In this document: positions 11,527 through 24,020 of the stretch, one piece after another
Layout: each line of letters opens with the position of its first letter
Position numbering within the stretch: position 1 is the first letter of the stretch
Assembly (NCBI GenBank): GCA_021613535.1
Contig: CP075497.1
Span: 1,612,001-1,676,000, forward strand
Direction of reading: 5' to 3'
Origin: Adineta vaga
Lineage: Eukaryota > Animalia > Rotifera
DNA length: 64,000 nt
Notes under the pieces: model-generated
What the model was told of the DNA's origin: nothing
What the model saw: only the letters and a program-made list of their open reading frames with translations
Databases searched by the model: none
Position numbers and translations under genes: made by a program

Positions 11527-14500
11527 ATGAGCATCCTATGTACCGATATTTTTATTGACATTCACATCCAAAGAATTTCTCTCATTTTAGTGTGTCTCTA
11601 TATTCTTTTCTACATTGGTCTCATCAAACCAGAATCTCGAACAGTGATTATTTCGGATGTTACTCCAACTATATTCAGTCAACTTTATCTTGATCATGGT
11701 GAAACACTTGACTGTCCCTGCAAAACGAATATGATACCTTACAAAAAATTTATCACCAACAACATTACATTTCATTCTGTTTGTTCAAGTATCTTTGTCA
11801 AACAAAGATGGATTCAAGCATTATATTTTCCAAATGCAAGTATTTATGGTGTACCAGATTTTCGAACAACGGCTAACTCTCAAGTAAGTTTATATTTGTA
11901 TTTCGATAAATCTTTACATCAATAGACAATGAGGAACGTCCTAATCCCACTACGCCGGGTATCCAACCTGAAGATTCTCCCCATCCTAGCACGACGACTA
12001 AACAGCTGGGTATCAGAGTGGATACCCCCAAATATCTTAGGCGATACAAAGTCGTACGATATGATTAATACTAAAACAAGAGTTTTTATTAATTTATTTG
12101 TATGAATTCACTATTTATCCTAAAATCGAACTGATTTTTCTCAATAGTAACGATATGTAAAGATAAACTATTCATGTCTTCAAGATATTTAAGCAATAAT
12201 ACGAGTTTTTACTTATTGAAACCAGTTTTATTTTTATTTAGTTTGAACTTCTCTCCAGTCTTTGTTCATTCTCTCAACAAATAGTTCTTCAAAATCAAAA
12301 TGATCTTATCAATACTGAGTTAGTCACTATTTCACTACTTCCTGAAGTTCAAATACAATCTGAAGTGAAAGTCAATGTCGATTCATTTCGAAGTAGTATG
12401 TCCAGTCGGATCACTTCATTCATCAATTATCTCAGAATGACAACTCGTGCAAACTACTTAGCTTCTGCTCTCAATACCAATCTCGTCATTTCAATTTGGA
12501 TATCTACCAAATATAGTATCACTCCAATGCAGACAGAATATATTCCAACTTTTTCGTTGAATGATCAGAACGGTACATCTTTTCGATGTGGTATTGTAAG
12601 TTCAGTTACTCCAGCTGGTTTCTTTCCACTTTGGAATGTTACGTCTTCAAGCAGTCACATCTACTGGTTTAGACTGGCAGAAAACACAACATTGGTTAGT
12701 GGATTTTATACGGGATGTACACCATTTGAGGCTCTCCTTTCAAGTACACTCGATTGTTTGTACAGTATTCAATGTCTTCAACTATTAACTATCTATTTTC
12801 CAACTCTAAATCAAGTATGCTATTGAGCCTCTTTCATTTCTTTCATATCACTATCTTTATTTAGACCTATTGGAATTGGACCGATCTAGCTCTGAGTTCA
12901 AAACAAAGCAATCTGACTATAAATGATTATTTACTTGATCTCTTCGTTGAAGAATGGTCAACAGAAATAAATTATCAGAGTTATTTCAATAACTGTGCTT
13001 CTTTATTCTGTACATATACTACTACTGATCAAATCAATTTGTCCTATGCATTTACTCTTTTTATCAGTTTATACGGTGGTCTTGTTATTATCCTTCGTTT
13101 AACTGCAAGATTTTTGGTTAATCTCATCTTAAATCTGAAAGATCGCACCAGAAATATTAGAGTTGATTTAGGTATGTTAGAATATAGTTTTGATCATATA
13201 AATCTCATCTAAAATTTCCAGTTCCTCAACATACACACGCATATAAAGTAATTTATTGGATGAAAAGGCTAAATTTATATAAGAACATCGATGATCAAAG
13301 TGAGGATGGTATCAAACAACAACGAATGACTACTCGTGTCTACTTGATTTTACTAGCAGGTATGGTTATTTTCATAGGAACATAGATGATTTCTGAATTG
13401 AATGAGTCAACATCAAAGTGATCTTAAACATTAAATAATTGAGTTGTTTGAGACTTCCACTTCTAATACAAATAACACTTGTTGACATCAGTACATTATG
13501 TAACATTCCTTTTTCATTCGATTTTTAGGTTCTACTCTCATTCTTCTCTTTTCCACCTCACTAAATACTGGAACAGTAATGGTAACCGTCGATAATCCAT
13601 CCTTAGCTGTCTATAATGACTTGCATACTTTATATTCAAATACACTTACATGTCCTTGTTCAACAATCATCATACCTTATCACACATTCATTTCACTATC
13701 TCTAAATACACATCAAGTATGTTCAAGTGATTTCATTACCGAACGTTGGATTTCGATATTAGAACAAAGTCTAACTTATTTAATATCGATCGATTGGCGT
13801 GCCAGGGCTTTATCACAATTTCGACTATTATCTAATCTTTGTGAACTTGCAAATAAAACAATAAATGACGCAGTTTATCGTTTTCTTCTTCAATCTTTCG
13901 TTACTTCGAATTTACTGACTGAAACTCATTTCGAATCACAATTCGAAACGATCTTTCCTCAGTATTTTCAATCAATGATTGTCTATTACAATCTTCTTGT
14001 CAATACAGTCAAACTTCTCATACAAGTTGATCAACCGTACATGGGCCCGTTACAAGATTATTCTATCGACTCCTCTCCGAATTTAATCGGAAAAGTATCA
14101 AATGGCACAAACAATCAGTCAATTATGCAAGTATGTTTTACTTAATGATGGTGTGTCATATTCACTAATAGTAATTATCTCTTAGCATCACCAAAACGTA
14201 CTTGAAGAGCTGAGCCTATGATAGAAAAAAGTGTTTTGAATAATATCCTAAAATTGTCTGTCAAAAAATGATAATCTATTCTACTAAAAAGTACTTGTCA
14301 GAGCTTTCTTGAGAAGAGACATTACTTCTAAATCATCGTTTTCAGTATCTAATTTCTCATATGAGCAGTCATGAATAAACTATATACCTGTGTTGTACTT
14401 TCAGTTCACATTTGCTTTGTATGGAACTTGTGATACAAATTCAACATTACCCAATTGTGTTTGTGCTACTAATCCTCACTGTCAAAGTTCTGTTGGCATT

Positions 14501-17500
14501 TATGAATTTGATGACTTTGGAGGCGCACTGTATGATCTTACTGTTGCCTACATAGTACCAGGTTCGGTTATCGGTTGTTCTCCTGTGCAATCTCTTCTAC
14601 TCTCAACACTTCAATGTCTATACTTTCACTCAGATTGTTTTTCTATTTTAATCAATCATATAAAAAAGAACTACCATCAGAATGTTGAATTTCCATCATG
14701 GTTTGATCCTCAACCTCTTGTTTATGATCAAGCAACAGGTGGATTTACTCCAAATGCATCAATTTCAACGTTAGTGAATCAACTTATGGTCGAACGATGG
14801 AACTATACTGTTTCATTTCAACGCTTTTATCAGTCATGTGCACCAAGTTCTTGTTATTATTCTGTAACAGCGCGTACGAAAAGTATTTTAGGAGTTTTGT
14901 TAAGAGTGATATCTATGATCGGCGGTTTATCTGTCTCTTTACGTGTGATTACGCCAAAACTTGTCCAGTCAATTGTAGAGTTGATGAAAGTGACTAAAAA
15001 ACGACCACAACAACAACAACAAGATGGAAGTAAGTTGTTGATTGAAAATTTATTTAAAAAGCCGAGCGATTTATGAAAAGACTAATTGAGAATAAACAGA
15101 AGTATATACAAATGTACTAAGATTATGAAGTTTGATTAATACGTTGAAGTCTTGAGGGTGTGAGCAGATGAGAAGTTTTTCTGTAAATATCATATGCGAG
15201 TAAATTAAAATCACTATCTTATTCATGTGTAATGAAAGTTTGACAGCTTCATTTGTTTTTATATAGATCAATCGAACTGGTTCACTCGATCCAAAATGAT
15301 TATTCGAAATCTCGGAGTAAGATTATACAAAAGTGCAATCAATTTGAACACCTTTCGTTCGCGTAAATTTGGAAATAATGTCAATCGGTCCACAGCTAAT
15401 CGTCTTGGTCGATGGACAACTCGTCTCTACATTATTTTACTAAGCATGGGTCTAGCTATTCTTACTCTTTATACCATCATTCAACCTCAACCAATAACGG
15501 AAACATTTAAAAAGCCAGATTTCAATATTTACAACGCACTGAAGCAAAAGTATGGAGATGGTTTGAAATGTTCATGTTCATCTTTTACGTCGACATACGG
15601 TAATTTCACCATCATTAAGCCAATATTTCATGAGGTAGGCGAAAACTATCAATCAGCATTCAAAATAAATAAGAAAAGAGTTTCATTTCGTTTAGATTTG
15701 TTCAAGTAGATTCATAACAGATGAATGGCGAGAAAATCTTACATTTGGTCTTGTTTCTAATCTTTCTATCTATGCACAAAGAGATTATCGTCGTTTTCTC
15801 TCAGCTCATTTACAATTTCTTCAAGGATTATGTCAACTTTCTGTTCAATCAATTAATGGTATTATTCAGCAATTTCTTTCTTCATTATTTATCACACCTC
15901 AACTTTTATCCGCAGAAATCTTTTATGATCGTCTTATTTCATTAATAGAAGAAAGAAAAGCATCTGCTCCAATAACTTTCGTTCGTCTACTTACTTTGAC
16001 TGAAGATATCAATCATGGAAATCGTATCATGTCAACATATGGAACGAACTTTCAGTATGTCGCTACTTGGTTCAAATCTTCAGATGTTTTCGCAGTGGCA
16101 CAAAGTGTAGTTTATGATAACGGATGTTCTTGTGGAACATATTCCAATTGTACAACACTAGCAAGTTTTATCGAATTGAATTCGTCTGAAACGATTCCGA
16201 TCAAAGGTCTAAAAATGGGATGTACACCAAGTGAATCATTTCTTGCATCTACGCTTGAATGTTTCTATAATCAATCATGTCTCGATCTCATTCAGAAGTT
16301 TACTAATTATACATTTCCTATCATTCCTTTGTCGAAAACAAACCTTCGATCTTCAATGAATGCGACTCTAAGTGAATTAATCAATAATCTATTTATTGAA
16401 GAATGGAAAACTGTGCTGAACTATTCATTGTATTTTCAACAATGTTTACCATCATCATGTTCATATACTTATACTGAAAAGTTCAATTTAATCTATATTA
16501 TAACTCTTCTACTTGGTCTTCAAGGTGGTTTGACCATTGTTTTGAAATGGATTTGTCCTCGAATAATTCAAATTGTAGCGAAAATGAGTCAACATCGTAA
16601 AAAGCGATCTGCTGTTATTCAACCTACTATTGTTCGGCAAACAATATCTGAACAAACCGTCAACAGAAATGTATTTATTTCTACTTCGAGTGTGCCATCG
16701 GTATCGACGAATAAAACATCTGGGCAAGTTTATTTGTATTCATTTCTTTGATTAATCATATGAGATTTTTCATTATTAGAACACGATTTCGTTTCACGCG
16801 TCAACATTTCTCCAAGATGTTCGTAATATTCATGTTACTAATCTCGACCACAATGGCTTTAATCTTATTCTCTATTCATATGGGTAGACAACAAAAGAAT
16901 GAAGTTACAATGCCAGGTATGATCTAAAACACTGATTATGAGAGGACGAACAATTTTAGAAGAATTTAAATACTGAACTTTTTATTGACTTTGAACAATG
17001 TTTTGTTTCTGAATTGATTCGCATACTTAAATGAGTATTTTATTATTAGGTTCCAACACAACAATGCCAATCAGTAATACTGTACAATCAACAACAATAA
17101 CGACAACAATCACAACAGACACAAGCACAATTCTATCCAGTAAGTCTATGACAATATCTTGTTTTATATATTAAACACATTTGAAAACAAAAAAGACAAT
17201 ATCGTATGCTATTTCGCGTATATTAGCTATGAAATACATCTTGCGAAGGAGAACCGAGACTGAGCTATGTTCTCCCTATAATAATACAAATTCATATGAT
17301 GTCAACAAATATACGATGAATTAACGATGTCTGTCATTTCTTTGTTGGGTATGACACCACTAAATAAAATCAAAGACAGATATCAGATACTTATGAGTAG
17401 TACTTCATACAAATGCAAAGTCAATATCAAATATCATTTGCATTTGTCACATATAAAAGTATTGTTCAACTTTATCAAATCAGAGCGTTGTGTTAAGATT

Positions 17501-18664
17501 TTATCATTATTCTTTCTTATTCATGATATAGTTTGTCAAGCAAAGTTTCGATCGGTATCGATAAATACAACTGTTTATCAACGTCTTCGTGAAATGCTTA
17601 ATATTGGCGATTTCAACAATGACCAAATACTCGATGTCGCTTTTTTCTCCTACAGGTCTATCGGTTTTAGTGTACTACTTGGTTCTGATAATGGTACTTT
17701 TGAAAATAGGACACATTTCTCATCAACGAATAATATTATTGTAAACGCAATGGCTCTAGGTGATCTGAATGGTGACTCTTTGTTGGATATCGTTTTTATC
17801 GGTGCTTTCTCAAACCAAGTAGGAGTTTTATTTGGCAAAGGAAACGGAGATTTCTATCCTGTGACATTTTTATCAGTAGGCAATAGTAATTTTACTTATC
17901 GGGCTGATCTTGTTGTAGCAGATTTTAACAATGACAATTTTATAGATATCGCTGTCATAAATTACGAATTAAATAGGGTTGGTATACTTCTTGGAAATGG
18001 TAATGGTAGTTTCTCAAAACAAATGGGTTTGTTTACTGGACGTAATAGTTACGTAATATCGATGGTTACAAATGACTTGAACAATGATAATTATTTGGAC
18101 ATTATTGTTGTCAATAACAATCAGAACAATATTGGTGTATTTCTTGGATATGGAAATGGAAGTTTTCAAGCACAGAACGCGTTTTTCACAGGTGGTTCTG
18201 TCTTTGCAATTTATGCTGCTGTCGGAGATTTGAATGGTGACGGCTTTCTAGATGTTATTATCTCTTACACAGTCAAATATAGTGTTGGTATTATGTTCGG
18301 ATATGGCAATGGAAGTTTTGATACCTCAATCAAATTTATAGCAGATTCCTACTGGACATCATATCAGATAGCTATTGTTGATTTCAACGGTGATGGTCAT
18401 CTCGATATCGCAATGTCACAGACTGATTTTTTGGTCGTAAATATATTATTAGGAGATGGAAATGGAAATTTTCAAAAACAAACAATATTGTCTACTAACA
18501 TACCAGTAAGTAACACGTGGATAGATTTCGGTGATTTTAACAAGGATGGTTATCAAGATATAATCACTTTATTTAGTCCTCGTGATACTGTGTATGTTAT
18601 TTTCAATGAATGTGGATGTTGTACAAATGAAGGTTTTAAATTATTAACTACAGTTCAGCCATAA
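11527..18664 (+). CDS. Large multi-pass membrane protein: three Cys-rich ectodomain/TM modules, Thr-rich stalk and C-terminal FG-GAP (VCBS-like) repeats
   Basis: The module L.CPC...F..VCSS.F..W...GC.P.E.LL.STL.C.Y...YF..C.P..C.Y+TM(..GGL...L) occurs three times (from 11527, ~13530 and ~15300). Exons 16780-16916 (TM) and 17051-17140 (Thr-rich) splice onto the FG-GAP exon (GDFNNDQILD, GDLNGDSLLD, ADFNNDNFID, etc.). Confidence 0.75.
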
Positions 18665-19241
18665 TCATTTATGTCGCAATTTTTTAGAGAAAAAGTTTCA
18701 AATTATCTTTTTCTTTTCTTTTCGATCTTATTCAGCTTTTTGTTTTGTTTACTGCATCGTTAACTATCTAATTACAAAAACTCTTCTATATATTCCTGCG
18801 TGCCTTGTATTTCCCTGTTCATTACATTCTATACAATATATTATCTATCATTGAACGACACTGTTGAGAATGTTGGTATGGTCGACATCGTTTTCATCTT
18901 TCAGATATGATCACTTCTTCACATCCGATTTTACTTTCAAAAAGTATATAAAAACAAGAAAAGAGTAAAAATATCGAAGATGGAATTGATGAAAGAAGAA
19001 GAAGAAGAGAAGTTGAATATTTGTATATTGAATAATGGCAGCGATGAGAGAGTAGGAAAATAGAAAAGGATAAAAATGCTTTCTGTTACAATATAAACAA
19101 ATGTCACGATTTATATATGTACCATTAGTCGTCAAGGTGTTAATAAATTAATCAACATATTATTTGAAAACTAAAAGTTACATGAACAAGAATTCTACAT
19201 TTTTAGGGTGATCAAGATTGTAATCTATACAACCATAGTAT

Positions 19242-20314
19242 TCAAGAGAAACGCAATAGTTTTATTAATTCTTTTCGAAATATAGTTCCACTTAAAGTAT
19301 AGATGTAAAACGTGATAGTATTATTTAGAAATAAACTTATCACAGACAAATTGAAAATTGTATTTTCAATTGATTTTTGTATAACAGATTTTGTATCATA
19401 AATAGTCGCAATAGAATAAAGTTTATAAATGCTAATAGGAAATGCAGAAATGACAAAAACAATAACCTATTAGAAAACAAAGCAAGCAATTCTTTTTATC
19501 TTTTCTTTCGTCTTATACTACTCACTTGTACAAGTAACATTGTAATCAATTGTACATCACGTTTTTGTATTGTTCGATTCATTCTTGTTGGAAGTGATTG
19601 TACATTTAAATCAATTCCTATTCTTGTTCTCTGTTGTACTGGAATTGATGCGTCAGCTATTTGTTCTACATGGATACGAAGATGTGTGTGATGAATATTT
19701 CGCACAGTCAACATTCCAAATATAATCATCATGAACGCTGGTAGTAAGATTTCGAATAAACATTGCATAAGACTATCAACGATTTGACATGACATATTTT
19801 GTTTTAATTGATAACATGATTGTGGTGCACCGAGTAAATGTTGATTAATGTCGATACAATAGAAATGTTGACCAAATGCAAGAAATCCGAATATTAGAAT
19901 AAAAAATATAGAGAAATAAACACGTTTCATTGTCATCATTTGACGTTTAGAAATGCTTTTAGATGAAGAAAGATATCGTTCAAAACATGCTAAGCTAATA
20001 AACCAGGCAGCTGCATATCCTGAAAAATATGTTATAAAAAATCTCAGTTTACAAAGAATACTCAAATGTTGCGATGGATCAACATTAAAACCGTTTAGTA
20101 AACGAGGAATAAGACCAACAAGAAGTACAAACGAATCGAAAATGGTAGACGCCCAAAAATAACTAATACAAGTATTCTTACGAAATATTTTACGTGTAAA
20201 TATTAATATATTTAAAATATTTCCAATTATACCAAAGAATAATAAAGGTATAGGAACATAACGATTAATATCTTGATTTAATGCACTAAAGTTTATTGAA
20301 GATACATTACCCAT
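19242..20314 (-). CDS. Rhodopsin-like (class A) orphan GPCR, 2 exons
   Basis: GIIGNILNILIF (TM1), LCKLRFF, ACFERY (DRY-like), MLLVQV. After the intron from 19525 the second exon reads VIVFVISAFPISI...FYIYTLSGTIFRKEL. Confidence 0.88.
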
Positions 20315-21200
20315 ATTATCTATCGGAGAGATAAATGAAATACAAAAAATATCAATTATATAAATGAATGTATAAACTAGACTAATCGTCTCTCTTAATT
20401 CTTTTTGACATATTTTGAACAGCCTATGATAGATGAAATTTAATAATTATTAATTAAACTCATTTTTCACTCCAAAAAAGAATCTAAATATTTCTTCATT
20501 ATTATCTTATCTGTTCATAACAGCAAAATCTAATGTACTCAAGGACATCAGTTAGATTGCTACTCATGACCGTTCTCTTTCAATTATAGATTAGAAAATC
20601 ATGAAATATTTAACAAAAAAAGATTAGTTTATTAAACATTTTACATTCATTATAAAGAATTTAGATTTATGAAAGAGTCATATGACAGTATCTAACAATA
20701 CAGTCACTTGTTAAATGAATTGAAAAAGTTTGTTTTTACAGTAGAAATTGCATTTAAAAACTAAAAAAACTAAGCGGATGAATTTTATTTTAGTGTATTT
20801 TGAACCATCAACTTATCGTTTGTCAGAATTATAATCGGATATTACAGATGAATAAGGAAATATTCTCTGGTGCAAAATATATTCTCAAAGTTCGAATTAG
20901 TAAAAAGGAAATATCGCTAACACTTCATGACATGTTTTGATGGCAACTACACGCTTATACTCGTCGATATGAAATAGTCAATTCAGTAAAAAGATTATAT
21001 TAAATATCATAATCTTCTTTTTTACTAAGATAATGTAAATAAGATCTATTTGTTGTTGTTATTTGTTAAAATTACCTAATTGGTGAATAACATCACTGAT
21101 TCTTGTATTAGATGTTTATGATCTTTGACGGATATCTACTGTATGCACAGAGATATTACTTGATTTAAAAAAAATAGTTGAAATTCATAATCAATACGAT

Positions 21201-22510
21201 TTACATGAATAAAACCTGTAACGAAAAAAAGGACATTGATAATAAAAGAAAGTATCGATGAAAATTTTCCGGTAGAACAAACGAACCTATTATACGAACA
21301 TACGTCAACTGACTACAAATGAGACGTGCTGCGCTTTTCGTGAAGTCATTTGTGACTATCGCCAATGATTCATAATTAATATCGAGGATCACCAAACGAG
21401 GTAAACAACAGTACTTGTCGGTGAGAAATTGTTCAGCACAATCAAGATTGAGAACGGTGAGATGAGGAAATGTGGTACCTGTTATTCGTTTTTGCTTATC
21501 TTCTTGCTGTTCGTTATTAAATATAGACAAATATTGTAAAATAGGAAAACTGTGAGAGATAATTTCGAAGCAACAATATTTAAAAGGATGAAAGTTCGTC
21601 AGCATCAAACTACGAACAGTCTCAAATCTATCATTTTGAAAAGTACTGTTTTAAGAGTGAAAACATTCGAATTGATACGGAAGTGAATATAATACATGAA
21701 CTCTTTTTTCAGTCTTTCTGGAGAAAATTTCGACATACAGAGCAACACGTCCATATTCTTCTTTAATAAAACTATGTTGAATATCTTCATTCGATTGAAG
21801 AGAAACGAACACGAAGTTCTTAATTGCATAAGTATCCATATCGAAAGTGAATTTATTTAATCGAGAAATGTAAAGAAGAATACCATCGATATAATTTTTG
21901 TTCGGCTGTACTGTTGACAAGTATAATATTAATTCTTCTAGATTTATCATTTGTTGGAGTAATGGAATGACCAGACAATTATAGAAAATGGTATGTGGAT
22001 ACGAATTTAATGAAAGATGTATCAATTTCGGCAGCTTTTTTTAAAGAAAGAATGAAAACTTATATCAATCGATCGAAAGCACTATTTTCTTCCACATGTA
22101 CAATCAATCTTGATAGACAATTGAGACGTCCATTAAGTATCTAAAGACAATCATTAATAGTTTTCAAACTAATTTTCAATAAAAATCAGTATAGAAGATG
22201 TCCAATTACTTGATCAGTCCTTTGCTTAAAGAATTTGATTATCTACTGTATAAATACTATCATGAAGTGATCTCATTATCATAGATATTATATTAAATTT
22301 TCCAATATGCTGAGATGCATATATGTATATTTCTTTGTCAATACTGTTCGAGAGAACAATGAGTGCTAAATATGTATACGATGGTCAAGTAGACAATGAT
22401 GGTGGAAATAAGTTTATTTATTTTCAAACCTCTTTTTCAACGTTTCAAATATAGATGGATGTTCACTGAATCGAATAATTAATACATACTCGTAAGATGT
22501 CATTAGTTAA
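21201..22510 (-). pseudogene. Degraded F-box/LRR-like family gene
   Basis: Overlapping frameshifted ORFs: LVIPLLQQMINLEELILYL, RLNKFTF, LYSLPYQFE, ISHSFPILQYLSIFN, LAIVTNDFT. These motifs are typical of a rotifer-expanded F-box/LRR family. Confidence 0.65.
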
Positions 22511-22849
22511 ATTGTATATAATTTGTAATTCGAAACAGGTCGAATATGTATTGAATCAGACTATAGAAAGTATTAGTTTTTCATGTTTCTGTTCTCTAAG
22601 AAATCATTTATCTATTTTTAATCAATAAAAACAAACATGCATCTAACTGATAGATATGATTATCTGGTTATTCATAGAAGATAACTGATTTATTTCCTTA
22701 AGAGCATGAAAAAAACACCTGAATCGTTTTACTTTTTTAACTAAGAGCAGAAAATTTGGTAGATGAGAACACAAACATAGATAATAAAAGACTCTTTCTA
22801 GTTGATTGACAGACAAAAGAAGAGAGCAGTAGTATAGAATCAAGTTTTT

Positions 22850-23495
22850 GATACACTGACAATATAGAAATAATGTCAGTGTGTTTAATTTTGTTGCATC
22901 ATTGGGTTTTGGAATTTTTCGGCAGTATTGATATCGTGGTAACTAAAAAAAAAGATATCGTTAAATTTTGTAAATATTAATTGGACATTTACTATATTAC
23001 GAAGTCTTAATAACCGATGTGAGTTTGTGAAGAACTTAATTCGACCTTTTGCACAGATTCATGTACAATACCCAATAGATGAAGAATATTCGCGGCATCT
23101 AAGAAAAGAATTAATGAAGAGATAAGAGAGAATCTTTAATCACACTAGTTTGTCATGCATAGCCAAAGCTATCCGGAATTCGTCCACGTATATTGCTGTT
23201 CGAATGACGAAGTACCTGAAAAGAAAGATCAACATTGTTATCACACAAGAAAAAGTCAATTCTGACTTGTATTCTTGTAGAGATGAATATCTTTATATGA
23301 AACAAAAGTGAGGCCTACTTTCAACATACTTCTTCTCTGAGACACATTTCTTCAGAACAAAACAGAAAGTATCAAATCAATAGCACAAAATTCTACATAC
23401 TCTCGATTCGGCATGTAATTGACCGTTCTTTGTATGAAAGTATGTTCTGGAAGCTTCAGACAAATGAAACATTATTATGAACTATTTTATCTGAA
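22850..23495 (-). pseudogene. Spliced gene relic with a TPR-like segment
   Basis: Series of short exon-like blocks with AG/GT boundaries. One reads DAANILHLLGIVHESVQK; stops are present. Confidence 0.25.
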
Positions 23496-24020
23496 AAAAC
23501 GTTCAATCAGAAGAAAACTAGAAAAGAGAATGAATGAAATGTAAATACGCGATAGATTGTCACTGTCAGCCAGATCTATAGACGAACAACGTATTTTTCG
23601 TCATGTACTTTTACTTCTTGTTTTCTCTTTCAATTGAAGATAAAATAGACTTGTCAGAAAAAAAGACAAGATAATATCAAATGTTTATCTCTCAATCGCA
23701 TATATTGTTCAACACAACATTCTAATATGCTCAATAAATTTTGCTCATGAATTATCAGATATGATCATGTCTTAATCGCGGTTGATTTCAAGGAAGGAAC
23801 CATCATTGAAATAGTTCATACATATTTATTTGGAGATTGAAAATAGACAAATAGAACACGAGAAAAAAAACATGATTGAAAGAAAAAGAAAATAAATATT
23901 TTATTGCGACGAGAGAAGGCCAATTCGGTTTTTGTGTATATCACTGTTGTTTGTTCGACTTTATATACAGACAAACACAACAAAAAAAAATAGTTCACAC
24001 AATTGAGATAGATAGAAGAT

